Of a DNA stretch of 64,000 nucleotides, positions 52,385-63,170 are shown piece after piece. The notes beneath the pieces are model-generated. The model was given only the letters and a program-made list of their open reading frames with translations. It was not told where the DNA came from and made no database searches. Position numbers and translations under genes: made by a program. The DNA comes from an uncultured Ignavibacteriales bacterium (GTDB lineage Bacteria; Bacteroidota; Ignavibacteria; UBA10030; SZUA-254): NCBI GenBank assembly GCA_963714795.1, contig CAVQPS010000009.1:550709-614708 (forward strand), written 5' to 3'. Within the stretch, counting starts at the first letter, position 1, and every line of letters starts with the position of its first letter.

Positions 52385-52837
52385 ATGGCTAAACCGTTAC
52401 TATCAGAAACTGAAGCTCCCGTCGCCGAATACAAAGAACGGCGCCATGTTTACAACGGCGATACGCCGCGCGCATTATCGGAATCCCCCGCACGCACCAA
52501 CAGGAAAGTTCAAACAAGAAAACGTTCTCCGCTGGTCATGATTATGGCGGTCCTGGGAATTTCTTTATTGATCGTCGTGTATGTCTGGAACAAAATTACC
52601 GTAGATCGTCTCGTCGTTGATGTGAACGATCTCCGTGGACAATATGACAAGGTTGTGAATGCGAATGACATCCTCCGGGCGGAGATCAATAAAAAATCAA
52701 GTCTTGAACGAATTGGAAAAATTGCCACCGACCAGCTTCATCTGATATCACCGAAAGAACAACCGGTTTGGTTCGAGGTGGATGCCGACCGGTTGAAAGA
52801 ACTGCAACCACAGGGATATGTCCGAGATGAAAAATAA
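52385..52837 (+). CDS. ftsL: cell division protein FtsL-like
   Basis: Small bitopic protein with a single TM helix followed by a coiled coil, in the position between rsmH and ftsI. Confidence 0.55.
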   Translation: MAKPLLSETEAPVAEYKERRHVYNGDTPRALSESPARTNRKVQTRKRSPLVMIMAVLGISLLIVVYVWNKITVDRLVVDVNDLRGQYDKVVNANDILRAEINKKSSLERIGKIATDQLHLISPKEQPVWFEVDADRLKELQPQGYVRDEK

Positions 52838-52853
52838 TACGAGCCGGTAACGG

Positions 52854-54878
52854 ATGACCGAAACGGATTTCCATACCAGTTTTCAAAAACCTGCGACGTC
52901 GCAACAAGGGATGCGCTTGAGGATTGTTCAAATTGCCATTCTCGTGTTGTTCGCCGCCGTGTGTTGCCGGCTGGGTCAAATTCAAATTATCCAATCGCAA
53001 AAGTATCGGTTGCTGGCACAGAAACAATATCAATCAAAAGTCATTCTGCCGGCACCGCGCGGAAATCTCTTCGATCGTAATGGTAATAGTATTGCATCCA
53101 ATACGACCACGGTTTCGTTTGCGGCGGATCCGCAGGGTGCCGGAGATGATGCACGAACAATTTCCGAAACTTTTTCCAATCTGTTCGGAAAACCGCGGAA
53201 GTTATATCTGGATAAGTTGCAGTCCGATTCACGTTTTGTCTGGCTCGAACGCGGTGCCGATGCAAGCATGATCAACAAAATCGATTTAAAAAAACTGCCC
53301 GGTATTGTTCTTCGCAATGAGTCGAAACGCTTGTATTATCATGACCACATTGCCGGTCAACTGATCGGTATGACGGATGTCGACAATAAAGGCGTTGCGG
53401 GAGTTGAACTCGCATTCGACAAAGAATTATCCGGCCGGGATGGATACGTCATGTTTCAGCGAGACGGTCTTGGACATGCCCGCCCGTCGGTCGATTATCC
53501 CCGCGTCGAACCTGAAAGCGGTCACAACGTGGTGCTGACCGTTGATATGGGAATCCAGGCGATTGCCGAAAAAGAATTAAAAAAAGGAATTGAGGAAAAT
53601 AAAGCGGACGGCGGTATTGTCGTCATACTCCAGCCCAAAACCGGCGAAGTGCTTGCTATCGCGCAACAACCGGAGATCGACCCGGATAATTTTGGAAAGT
53701 ACAGATTGGAAGATCAAAAACTTCGCGCCATTACCGATGCCTTTGAGCCGGGATCGGTTTTTAAAATTGTAACGGCATCGGCAGCGCTCGAGAACGAATT
53801 GGTAACGCCGGCGAGAAAATTTTTTGCAGAAAACGGGAAGTATGTCGTTGCCGGCCGGCCCAAACCAATTGAAGATACGCACAAAGAAGGATGGATTACG
53901 TTTCAGCAGGCCATGGAAGTTTCCAGCAATATTGTCATGGCGAAGGTCAGCGATCTGATCGGCAGCGAGCGTCTCTTCCGGATGGCACGGGATTACGGTT
54001 TCGGCATTCCGACGAATATCGATTTTCCCGGTGAAGCACGCGGCGTGTTACGGAAGCCGTCGGAATGGCATGGGACGACGACATTGAATTCAATCGCGTT
54101 CGGTTATGAAGTCGGAGTTACGCCGATGCAAATTGCTTCCGCGTATGCTGCTATCGCGAACGGCGGCGTACTCATGCAACCGTATATTTTTAAAAAAGAA
54201 TATGATGCGACGGGAAAAATAATTCGTGAGGGAAAACAGCAGCAGGTACGGCGCGTCGTTTCTCCGCAGACCGCCGCCACGATGCGTGATCTGTTCGAAG
54301 GCGTGGTGCTCCGCGGGACGGGAAAAATTGCAGCGATTCCCGGCGTTCGCATCGCGGGGAAAACAGGCACATCGAAAAAATACGTCGAAGGACAATATGA
54401 AACGGGAAGCTACACGGCCTCCTTCGTAGGATTTTTTCCCGTCGAGGATCCGCAAATCGTTTGCCTCGTGATGATGGATAATCCGCGTGCAGGAAATTAT
54501 ACCGGCGGAACAACCAGTGCCCCGATTTTTCGTGCCATTGCAGAACAGTTACTGAATACCTCCGATGTCTTTGCTTCACCGGCACCGACGGTGGTGGCGA
54601 GCTCGGCGGCTCCGCAGCAAAATACCGGTGCGATGTTCGACCCGTCGTCGACAAAAGAACAAAGCACAATAATTGCCGTTGCGGGAACTGTTCCCAACGT
54701 AAAAGGATGCAGCGTTCGCCGTGCGGTTAATATTTTAACGACAGGAAAATTCGAACCGGTGATCAGCGGTTCCGGAACGGTGATCGACCAACAGCCGGCA
54801 CCGGGCGAACCGGCAAAAGCCGGAATGAAAGTACATCTGATTTGTCAGCCGAAAACATCGGCGGCACTGATCAATTAA
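52854..54878 (+). CDS. ftsI: penicillin-binding protein (FtsI/PBP3 class) with a C-terminal PASTA-like domain
   Basis: Transpeptidase motifs 'SVFK' (SxxK), 'SSN' and 'KTGT'. It has an N-terminal TM anchor. Confidence 0.85.
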   Translation: MTETDFHTSFQKPATSQQGMRLRIVQIAILVLFAAVCCRLGQIQIIQSQKYRLLAQKQYQSKVILPAPRGNLFDRNGNSIASNTTTVSFAADPQGAGDDARTISETFSNLFGKPRKLYLDKLQSDSRFVWLERGADASMINKIDLKKLPGIVLRNESKRLYYHDHIAGQLIGMTDVDNKGVAGVELAFDKELSGRDGYVMFQRDGLGHARPSVDYPRVEPESGHNVVLTVDMGIQAIAEKELKKGIEENKADGGIVVILQPKTGEVLAIAQQPEIDPDNFGKYRLEDQKLRAITDAFEPGSVFKIVTASAALENELVTPARKFFAENGKYVVAGRPKPIEDTHKEGWITFQQAMEVSSNIVMAKVSDLIGSERLFRMARDYGFGIPTNIDFPGEARGVLRKPSEWHGTTTLNSIAFGYEVGVTPMQIASAYAAIANGGVLMQPYIFKKEYDATGKIIREGKQQQVRRVVSPQTAATMRDLFEGVVLRGTGKIAAIPGVRIAGKTGTSKKYVEGQYETGSYTASFVGFFPVEDPQIVCLVMMDNPRAGNYTGGTTSAPIFRAIAEQLLNTSDVFASPAPTVVASSAAPQQNTGAMFDPSSTKEQSTIIAVAGTVPNVKGCSVRRAVNILTTGKFEPVISGSGTVIDQQPAPGEPAKAGMKVHLICQPKTSAALIN

Positions 54879-54896
54879 CGCCTTCATCGAAAACGA

Positions 54897-56468
54897 ATGT
54901 TGGCAAGATCGCTCGGCATTGAAGAAGAAACTCAACGGATCGAAGACGAGAACAGCACAATGACGTTGTCCGAATTATTGAAAGATGTTACCGTTCAGAA
55001 AATATTTCAAACCATGTACGGTAGAATGGTCGTGACCCACGAAGTGGAGATACATGCGATTCAATACGATTCCCGCAAGGTGCAGCGCGGAGATGTTTTT
55101 GTCGCCATTCGCGGAACATCATCGGACGGACATCAGTTTATTCCCCGTGCGATCGACAGCGGCGCAAAAGCGGTTGTCGTTGAACAGAACGATGCGTTGC
55201 CGGATTCATATTTCATGCATACCGGCGTCGTCAAAGTGGTCGTTCCGGATACACGCGTTGCGCTGGCGCGGATGGCTGCACGGTTCTACGACTATCCGTC
55301 CCGCAAACTCACGATGGTCGGTGTCACCGGAACCAACGGAAAGACGACAACGACGCATCTCATAACCTCGATTCTGAAATCGGTCGGGCAGACGAGCGGA
55401 TTGATCGGGACCATCGAATATAAAATCGGTGACGAAGTCATCCCTGCAACCCACACGACTCCCGAATCGCTCGAGTTGAACGGTATGCTTGCCCGTATGG
55501 CGGAACGGAAATGTTCTGCGGCGGTGATGGAAGTTTCTTCTCATGCGCTTCATCAGCGCCGCGTGGATGGAATGGATTTTTCCGTCGGAGTATTTACCAA
55601 TTTGACGCAGGATCATCTCGATTACCATAAGACGATGGAGAATTATTTCGATGCGAAAAAAATTCTCTTCGAGTCGTTATCCGGCTCGTCATGGGCGGTT
55701 GTCAATATCGATGACCCATGGGGAGAACGAATGTTGAATGCCACGAAAGCAAAAAAAATGTCGTACGGTATCCATCCATCTGCCGATATACGAGCGACGG
55801 ATGTGTCGCTTTCGATCAGAGGACTGCAATGCCGGATCATTCATCAAAATGAAGAAACGCAGATTACATCACCGCTGACCGGTCGATTTAATGTCAGCAA
55901 TATTCTTGCGGCATTCGGAACCGGCCTTGCTCTTGGCGTACCGAAACAGTCATTGGTACGGGCGATGCAAACTGCTCAGGCTGCAGCGGGAAGATTTGAA
56001 AAATTTTTTTCGCCGAAAGGCTGGATTGCCCTTATCGATTATGCGCATACACCCGATGCTTTGCAGAAAATTTTGACGGCAATTCACGAAATTTTTGATC
56101 ACGAAAAGAGCGGTCGGATCATTACTGTTTTTGGCTGCGGCGGCAACCGGGACCGGGCAAAACGACCGATCATGGGAAAAATTGCTGCAGAAATGAGCGA
56201 AGCGGTGATTGTTACGTCCGATAATCCGCGCCACGAAGATCCGGATGCCATTATCGATGAGGTGATGAAGGGAATTTCATCAACCGCAAATGTCCGCCGT
56301 GAATCCGATCGGACAAAGGCAATAGAGCTTGGGCTTTCACTTGCCCAGCCGAACGATGTTGTGCTGATTGCCGGCAAAGGGCATGAAAATTATCAGATTG
56401 TCGGTGATAATAAAATCCACTTCAGCGATCGCGAAGTGGTGGAAAACTTTTTGCGAACAGATGCATGA
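54897..56468 (+). CDS. murE: UDP-MurNAc-L-Ala-D-Glu:meso-DAP ligase
   Basis: Mur ligase P-loop 'GVTGTNGKTTTT' and 'DNPR' near the C-terminus, the DAP-adding type. Confidence 0.9.
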   Translation: MLARSLGIEEETQRIEDENSTMTLSELLKDVTVQKIFQTMYGRMVVTHEVEIHAIQYDSRKVQRGDVFVAIRGTSSDGHQFIPRAIDSGAKAVVVEQNDALPDSYFMHTGVVKVVVPDTRVALARMAARFYDYPSRKLTMVGVTGTNGKTTTTHLITSILKSVGQTSGLIGTIEYKIGDEVIPATHTTPESLELNGMLARMAERKCSAAVMEVSSHALHQRRVDGMDFSVGVFTNLTQDHLDYHKTMENYFDAKKILFESLSGSSWAVVNIDDPWGERMLNATKAKKMSYGIHPSADIRATDVSLSIRGLQCRIIHQNEETQITSPLTGRFNVSNILAAFGTGLALGVPKQSLVRAMQTAQAAAGRFEKFFSPKGWIALIDYAHTPDALQKILTAIHEIFDHEKSGRIITVFGCGGNRDRAKRPIMGKIAAEMSEAVIVTSDNPRHEDPDAIIDEVMKGISSTANVRRESDRTKAIELGLSLAQPNDVVLIAGKGHENYQIVGDNKIHFSDREVVENFLRTDA

Positions 56469-57856
56469 AAATCGGTGCCGATGATCTGCTTCGCGTGCCG
56501 CATGTTTCTGTATGGAATATAGAATCGGGTCGCACGAAATTTTTTGCCGGCGTCTCCACCGACTCCCGGACGGTGAAACGCGGTGAAATATTTTTTGCCC
56601 TGCGCGGCGAAAAGTTTGATGGTCATGAATTTATCGACCGTGCATTCACCCAGGGTGCTGCATGCGCCGTTATCGATGATCAGGCGGAAAGCGATCGGTG
56701 GAAATCCTGCCCGATCCTCGTTGTCCGGGATACGACCAGAGCATTCGGTGTCCTGGCAAATATCTGGCGAAAGAAATTTGATATTCCGATTCTTGCCGTC
56801 GCCGGCAGTAACGGCAAGACGACAACGAAAGAAATGATTGCCGCCGTGTTAGGCACGAACTATCGCGTGTTGAAGACGGAAGGAAATTTGAACAATCAAG
56901 TCGGAGTGCCGCAGACATTGTTGCGTCTGAATGGCAGGCACGAAATCGGTGTTGTGGAAATCGGTACGAATCATGCCGGAGAAATTGCGTATCTCTGCGA
57001 CATACTGGCTCCGACACACGGCATGATCACGAATATCGGCCGCGAGCATCTTGAATTTTTCGGCGATATCGACGGTGTGGCACATGCCGAAGCGGAACTG
57101 TTCTCCGCCATTGCAAAAACCGGAACAGGATTTATCAATACCGATGATGCACGCGTTGTCCGGCATGCAAAAAAAATTAAAAAGAAAATGACATACGGAT
57201 TCACAAAAAATTCAAACATGGTTCGTGGAACTTTTCAAGCAATGACACAGAACGGTTGTGCAGAATTTTCTGTGCGTTTACGGAGCGGGAAACCGTTCGA
57301 TGTTCATCTTTCGGTGCCGGGAAAACATGCTATGGCAAACGCCCTTGCCGCGGCAACGGTCGGACTTTCGTTCGGTGTTCAGCAGAAAAAAATTCAACAG
57401 GCATTGAGGAAATTTCACGCGGTCGGTAAAAGAATGGAAGTTCTTACCATCGGCGGCATAACGATTTTGAACGATACGTATAACGCAAATCCCGACTCAG
57501 TCATTTCCGCACTGGAAACGTTATCGGCGATGAAATGCCGTGGGAAGAAAATTGTCGTACTTGCCGATATGCTCGAGATGGGCAGTGCAGCACGGGAAGA
57601 ACATGCGCGCATTGGTGACAGTATTTCAACCATGAAGTTCGATTATTTGTTCACGTTTGGTGAATTGTCACGGGCAATTCACGATCGGGCGCACATCAAC
57701 ATGAAAGTTCATTACGATCAGAAAAATATTTTGTCGCAATTTGTTTTTGAATTATTAACACCCGGAGATGCCGTTTTGGTGAAAGGATCGCGCGGGATGA
57801 AAATGGAAGATGTGGTCACATTTCTTACTCAACGTTTGCGAAAGGATGCCCGATGA
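56465..57856 (+). CDS. murF: UDP-MurNAc-tripeptide:D-Ala-D-Ala ligase
   Basis: P-loop 'AVAGSNGKTTTKE', 463 aa. Its start overlaps the murE stop. Confidence 0.9.
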   Translation: MKIGADDLLRVPHVSVWNIESGRTKFFAGVSTDSRTVKRGEIFFALRGEKFDGHEFIDRAFTQGAACAVIDDQAESDRWKSCPILVVRDTTRAFGVLANIWRKKFDIPILAVAGSNGKTTTKEMIAAVLGTNYRVLKTEGNLNNQVGVPQTLLRLNGRHEIGVVEIGTNHAGEIAYLCDILAPTHGMITNIGREHLEFFGDIDGVAHAEAELFSAIAKTGTGFINTDDARVVRHAKKIKKKMTYGFTKNSNMVRGTFQAMTQNGCAEFSVRLRSGKPFDVHLSVPGKHAMANALAAATVGLSFGVQQKKIQQALRKFHAVGKRMEVLTIGGITILNDTYNANPDSVISALETLSAMKCRGKKIVVLADMLEMGSAAREEHARIGDSISTMKFDYLFTFGELSRAIHDRAHINMKVHYDQKNILSQFVFELLTPGDAVLVKGSRGMKMEDVVTFLTQRLRKDAR

Positions 57857-58359
57857 AAAAAATACTCACACTGTTCTTTGCGGTGATCTGGATGTTCACG
57901 ACCGGTTTTCAACATAAGCACACCGATTTTGCCGGTACGTGGAAACTCGATGTCAAAAAAAGCAAAGGATTGCCGAAATCGTTTGCCCATATCGATTCTT
58001 TCTCGATGGATGTCAATCAAACAGCCGATTCGATGGTGACAGTCACATCATTTGCCGGTGACGGCGTTTCGATGAAACTTCCGCCGACAACGATAAAATT
58101 TGACGGGACAGAAATATTTCGTGAAGACACAACCCGCGGCTCCAAACGATGGATCAAGGCATCGTGGACGACAACAGGGGAAAAGTTGATTGTTGATAAC
58201 CGCGTTGAACAGCGTCGCGGTCCATCGACGCAAAAGTATACGGAAACGGATGTCTGGGAATTCGGTAAACGCGGTATGCTGATGATTCTGGTAACACAAA
58301 AGTTTGAAGGCGGCGACTCGACACATACGGAACAGCGGTATTTTAGCAAGAAAAAATAA
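57853..58359 (+). CDS. hypothetical secreted protein inserted in the dcw cluster
   Basis: Signal peptide followed by a lipocalin-like start 'FAGTWKLD', 168 aa. Its start overlaps the murF stop and its stop overlaps the mraY start. Confidence 0.5.
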   Translation: MKKILTLFFAVIWMFTTGFQHKHTDFAGTWKLDVKKSKGLPKSFAHIDSFSMDVNQTADSMVTVTSFAGDGVSMKLPPTTIKFDGTEIFREDTTRGSKRWIKASWTTTGEKLIVDNRVEQRRGPSTQKYTETDVWEFGKRGMLMILVTQKFEGGDSTHTEQRYFSKKK

Positions 58360-59483
58360 TGCTTTATTATTTTCTCGAATACATACGTAAAAAATTTAAT
58401 CCGCCCGGATTCGGATTGTTTCATTATATCACCTTTCGTGCCGGTGCGGCTGCGGTCACCGCGTTGACGATCGCGTTCTGGCTCGGTCCGAAATTTATCC
58501 GGCTGCTGAAGAAACATCAGATAGGCGAAGCGGCCAAAATCGAAGCGCCGAAGAATCATCTGAGTAAAGCCGGCACACCGACGATGGGCGGCTTGATTTT
58601 ACTTTCAGCAATTCTGATTCCGTCGTTTCTCTGGATCGATCTGAAGAACGGTTATGTCCTGTTGATTTTGTTTGTTACGGTATCGCTCGGCGGTGTCGGA
58701 TTTCTTGATGATTATCTGAAAGTAGTAAAAAAGAAACCGAGAGGATTGATCGAAGAATATAAACTCGTCGGGCAAATTCTGGTCGGATTATTTGTCGGCG
58801 GTATCATTTATTTCATGCCGGATTATGTCGATCCCGGATTGGCAAAACTGAAATCGAGCACGACCGTTCCGTTCATCAAAAATATGGAAATCGATTTCGG
58901 CATTTTTTATATCCCGGTCGTTGTCTTCGTCATTACTGCCACCAGTAATGCGGTCAATCTGACCGACGGTTTGGACGGACTCGCGGCCGGCACTGTCGGA
59001 ATTGTCGGTTCAACGCTTGCAGTGATGTGTTATGTTTCCGGTCGTGCCGATATCAGTCAATATTTGACGATCCCGTTTCTCCGCGGCAACGGGGAACTGA
59101 CAATTTACTGCGCGGCTTTGGTCGGTGCATCAATCGGATTTCTCTGGTTCAACGCATATCCCGCTCAGATATTTATGGGAGACACCGGATCGCTTGCCCT
59201 CGGCGGCGCGATCGGCGCGCTTTGCGTTTTGATTAAGATGGAACTGTTATTGCCGACACTCGGCGGAGTGTTTTTGATGGAAACACTTTCGGTGATTATC
59301 CAGCGGGGATATTTTAAATACACGAAACGAAAATACGGTGAGGGCCGCCGGGTTTTTAAAATGGCGCCGCTCCACCATCATTTTGAAATGCTCGGGTGGC
59401 CCGAGCCGAAAATTGTTACGCGTTTTTACATCATTGCAATTCTCTTGATGATTTTGAGTCTGGCAACATTTAAAATTCGATGA
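58359..59483 (+). CDS. mraY: phospho-N-acetylmuramoyl-pentapeptide transferase
   Basis: 'NAVNLTDGLDGLA' and 'MGDTGSLALGG' motifs, ten TM helices. Confidence 0.95.
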   Translation: MLYYFLEYIRKKFNPPGFGLFHYITFRAGAAAVTALTIAFWLGPKFIRLLKKHQIGEAAKIEAPKNHLSKAGTPTMGGLILLSAILIPSFLWIDLKNGYVLLILFVTVSLGGVGFLDDYLKVVKKKPRGLIEEYKLVGQILVGLFVGGIIYFMPDYVDPGLAKLKSSTTVPFIKNMEIDFGIFYIPVVVFVITATSNAVNLTDGLDGLAAGTVGIVGSTLAVMCYVSGRADISQYLTIPFLRGNGELTIYCAALVGASIGFLWFNAYPAQIFMGDTGSLALGGAIGALCVLIKMELLLPTLGGVFLMETLSVIIQRGYFKYTKRKYGEGRRVFKMAPLHHHFEMLGWPEPKIVTRFYIIAILLMILSLATFKIR

Positions 59484-60886
59484 TTGTTTCAATGGAACAG
59501 TGTGAAATTGAAGTTCAAGATATGATAACCGGTAACATAGAGGGGAAAAAAGTTTCCGTCATCGGTGCTGCACGCAGCGGTGTTGCCGCAGCGCGACTGC
59601 TCAAAACGCACGGGGCAAAAGTGTTTGTGAGCGATAGCGGTTCTGAAGAAAAGTTGAAGGAGAATCTTGCCGATATTAAAAATTCCGGCATTGACTATGA
59701 AACCGGGAATCATTCTCAGCGCGTCTTTGATGCCGATCTGATTGTCGTCAGCCCCGGTGTTCCATCGAATGTTCCGATTCTCCGAGAAGCGGAACGAAGA
59801 GATATTCAGATTGTCAGCGAGCTTGAACTGGCAAGCTGGTTTTGCCCCGCCCCGATGATCGGCGTTACCGGAACGAACGGCAAAACGACGACCACAACGC
59901 TCATCGGTAGGATTCTGGATGATGGCAGAAAGAAAAATATTGTCGGAGGAAATATCGGAACGGCATTTTCTTCTTTTGTCGACACACTTGATGCGCAATC
60001 GATTGCCGTACTCGAGGTCAGCAGTTTTCAGCTGGATTATTCTCATTCATTCCATCCAAAAGTCTCGATACTATTGAATATTACTCCCGATCATCTTGAC
60101 CGGTACGATCATGATTTTGTAAAATATATCGCTTCGAAATGCCGCATCTTCGAAAATCAAACGAGAGAAGATGTTCTTATTTATAATTATGACGATGAAG
60201 AAACCCGCGAACATGTTCGCCGGCTGGCAAGTCTGCATGTCCGGACGCTTGCGTTTGGTACGGAACGACAATTTGAGGAAGGCGCGTTTGTCGACGGGGA
60301 AATATTTGTGACGATCGTCGGCGGACGAAGATCGGAAGTTATTCCAATCGATCAAATCAGTATTCGGGGAACACATAATCTCTACAATGCCATGGCGGCA
60401 ACACTGGCAGCACAGGTTTTTGAAGTTGGCATTCCATCGATTCGCGCTACGTTAAAAAATTTCAAAGGAGTCGAACATCGTCTCGAATTTGTCCGTGAAG
60501 TCCATGGCGTGAAATATGTGAACGATTCCAAAGCGACGAACGTCGATTCTGTGTGGTATGCGTTGCAGTCGTTTTCCGAACCGATCATCGTTCTTCTCGG
60601 CGGGCGCGACAAGGGAAATGATTATTCCCGGCTGTTCGATCTTGTTGAACGTCACGTGAAAGCGATTGTCGCGATCGGCGAATCGGCAGAAAAAGTCTAT
60701 GAAGAATTTCACACGATGAAACCGACCGTGCGGGTAACTTCGATGGAAGACGCTGTATCTGCCGCAACGAAATTTGCTTCGCCGGGCGATGTCGTTCTGC
60801 TTTCGCCGGCATGCGCATCGTTCGATTGGTTCACGAATTATGAACATCGCGGGCAGGTCTTCAAAAAAATTGTGAATGCAATATGA
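59480..60886 (+). CDS. murD: UDP-MurNAc-L-Ala:D-Glu ligase
   Basis: Rossmann-like 'VSVIGAARSG' and P-loop 'GVTGTNGKTTTT'. The true start is probably at 59525. Confidence 0.9.
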   Translation: MIVSMEQCEIEVQDMITGNIEGKKVSVIGAARSGVAAARLLKTHGAKVFVSDSGSEEKLKENLADIKNSGIDYETGNHSQRVFDADLIVVSPGVPSNVPILREAERRDIQIVSELELASWFCPAPMIGVTGTNGKTTTTTLIGRILDDGRKKNIVGGNIGTAFSSFVDTLDAQSIAVLEVSSFQLDYSHSFHPKVSILLNITPDHLDRYDHDFVKYIASKCRIFENQTREDVLIYNYDDEETREHVRRLASLHVRTLAFGTERQFEEGAFVDGEIFVTIVGGRRSEVIPIDQISIRGTHNLYNAMAATLAAQVFEVGIPSIRATLKNFKGVEHRLEFVREVHGVKYVNDSKATNVDSVWYALQSFSEPIIVLLGGRDKGNDYSRLFDLVERHVKAIVAIGESAEKVYEEFHTMKPTVRVTSMEDAVSAATKFASPGDVVLLSPACASFDWFTNYEHRGQVFKKIVNAI

Positions 60887-62050
60887 TGCTTCAGCGCAAC
60901 CATATCGACCTTTCGATCCTCATTGCCGTGCTGACGCTGATGCTGTTGAGTCTCGGTATTGTCTATAGCGCTTCGGCGAGTTATGCGTTCGCGAAATACG
61001 GTGAAAGCGAAAAAATGTTGATCAGTCATGCCATCAAAGTTTTTCTTGGCGTGATCTGCCTGGTCGTCGGCATGAAACTGGATTATCATAAACTTCAAAA
61101 ATTAACCAAGATTGGTGTAATTGCTGCCGTTGGGTTGCTGATGATAACGCTGGTGCTGGGTGGTGAGGCGAAAGGTGCAACACGCTGGCTGCGGTGGAGC
61201 AGTATTGGTTTTCAACCGTCCGAGTTTGCAAAATACGCACTGATGTTTCATCTCTGCACGTTGATAGCGACAAAAGGAGAATTGATCCGGGATTTCAAAA
61301 AAGGATTTATCCCGATGATGATCTGGATCGGACTGGTCACCGGGCTTGTCATGCTCCAGCCGAATTTCAGCATGGGATCGATGATTTTCCTGTTGAGTTT
61401 GTTGATGCTATTCATCGGTCGTGCAAAGCTTTCTCATCTTGTCCTGACATTCGCGGTTTTGATTCCCGTGCTGGTGCTTTACATGATGAGCGCGGAATAT
61501 CGCCGCGCCCGAGTTATGGCATTTTTTAACGGAAGCAGTTCGTCCGGGAAAGTCGACGTATCAGGTATGGCAGGGAATGCTGGGATTCGGCAACGGGGGA
61601 ATTTTCGGTGTTGGTCCGGGCGAAAGCAAACAACGCGATTTCTTTTTGCCGGAATCGTATGGCGATTTTGTTTTTTCGATTGTCGGCGAGGAATATGGAT
61701 TTATCGGTACGATTTTCTTTATGGCTCTTTTTTTAATTGTGATGTTCCGCGGGTTTCGGATCGCTCGCCATGCGATGGATACGTTCGGCAGAAATCTTGC
61801 CATTGCCATTACCTGCGCGATAACATTGTATGCCCTGATCAATGCCGGTGTGACCCTGGGGATTTTGCCGACAACCGGTTTACCGATGCCGTTTGTCAGT
61901 TACGGCGGTTCGTCCATGGTGTTTTCTGCCGGAGCTATCGGTGTGTTATTGAATATTTCGTCGCAGACGGACCTCCATCCGCGAATTCGTCATGTGCCGA
62001 TTGTCGGTTCGGTGAATGCGGATGAGGTGAATGTCGGGAAAGTGTATTGA
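60883..62050 (+). CDS. ftsW: SEDS-family peptidoglycan glycosyltransferase FtsW, apparent frameshift at about 61530..61550
   Basis: The N-terminal two thirds are in frame 1. The conserved 'GYQxxQ...GNGGIFGVGPGESKQRDFFLPESYGDFVFS...PFVSYGGSS' region is in frame 2 (ORF 61577..62050). Confidence 0.85.
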
Positions 62051-63170
62051 TGTGCATTCAGTACGAGCCATATTTGCGGGTGGCGGGACAGGCGGACATC
62101 TGTTTCCCGCGATCGCCATTGCCGACGAACTTAAAAAACTTGACCCCGGCGCCGAAATTCTTTTTATCGGAACTGCACAGAAAATCGAAGCGCGAGTCGT
62201 ACCGCAATGCGGATACGCATTCCGGACAATTTGGATCAGCGGATTTCACAGAAAATTTCGTGTCGGCAATTTCTTGTTTCCATTGAAGGTGGTTATTTCA
62301 TTTATGCAGTCAAGATCGATCATACAAGAATTTAAACCGGATGTCGTGATAGGAACCGGCGGATATGTTTCCGGTCCCGTTCTTCGTGCGGCTGTGATGA
62401 TGAAAATCCCGACGCTGATCCAGGAGCAGAACAGTTATCCCGGCGTTACGACCCGCATGCTTGCCGAACGCGTTGATGAACTTCATCTGACATTTGAAAG
62501 TTCGGAAAAATATTTTTCCCGGAAAGATCGTGTCTTTGTTTCAGGGAATCCGACAAGAAATATACTGGAAAATGCCGACACCGAAAAAGCGTCGGCATAT
62601 TTCGGATTTGATCGAGCACAAAAAATAAAAACACTGTTCGTCGTCGGCGGCAGTCTCGGTGCGCGCAGTATCAATGAAGCCGTGCAACGGCATCTCGATG
62701 AATTGATAAAGAACGGTTTCCGGATTCTCTGGCAGACAGGAAAGGAATATTTCCCTGAAGCTTCAGCAGCTGCAAAAAAATATTCTTCGAATATGATCTC
62801 TGTTCATCAGTTTATCGACAGAATGGATTATGCGTATGCTGTGGCAGATCTTGTTGTTTGCCGTGCCGGTGCGACGACGCTTGCCGAGTTGACACGGCTT
62901 GGTAAACCGGCAATTTTAGTCCCGTACCCGCAAGCTGCCGCGAATCATCAGGTGGAAAACGCGCGCGCAATGGCGGAACACGGTGCAGCGGAAATTTTGT
63001 ATGATGCTGAAGTTTCTGAACGGTTGCTCCAATCTGTGTTAGCGGCATCGGAAGATACACGATTATTACAAATGAGTGCACAAAGCCGCAAACTTGGAAA
63101 ACCGGACGCGGCAAAAGAAATCGGACAACACATTATCGCTCTCTCTCAACATCATAACAGGACGGTGTGA
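62031..63170 (+). CDS. murG: UDP-GlcNAc:MurNAc-pentapeptide GlcNAc transferase
   Basis: 'IFAGGGTGGHLFPAIAIA' G-loop and 'CRAGATTLAE'. Confidence 0.9.
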   Translation: MSGKCIDVHSVRAIFAGGGTGGHLFPAIAIADELKKLDPGAEILFIGTAQKIEARVVPQCGYAFRTIWISGFHRKFRVGNFLFPLKVVISFMQSRSIIQEFKPDVVIGTGGYVSGPVLRAAVMMKIPTLIQEQNSYPGVTTRMLAERVDELHLTFESSEKYFSRKDRVFVSGNPTRNILENADTEKASAYFGFDRAQKIKTLFVVGGSLGARSINEAVQRHLDELIKNGFRILWQTGKEYFPEASAAAKKYSSNMISVHQFIDRMDYAYAVADLVVCRAGATTLAELTRLGKPAILVPYPQAAANHQVENARAMAEHGAAEILYDAEVSERLLQSVLAASEDTRLLQMSAQSRKLGKPDAAKEIGQHIIALSQHHNRTV

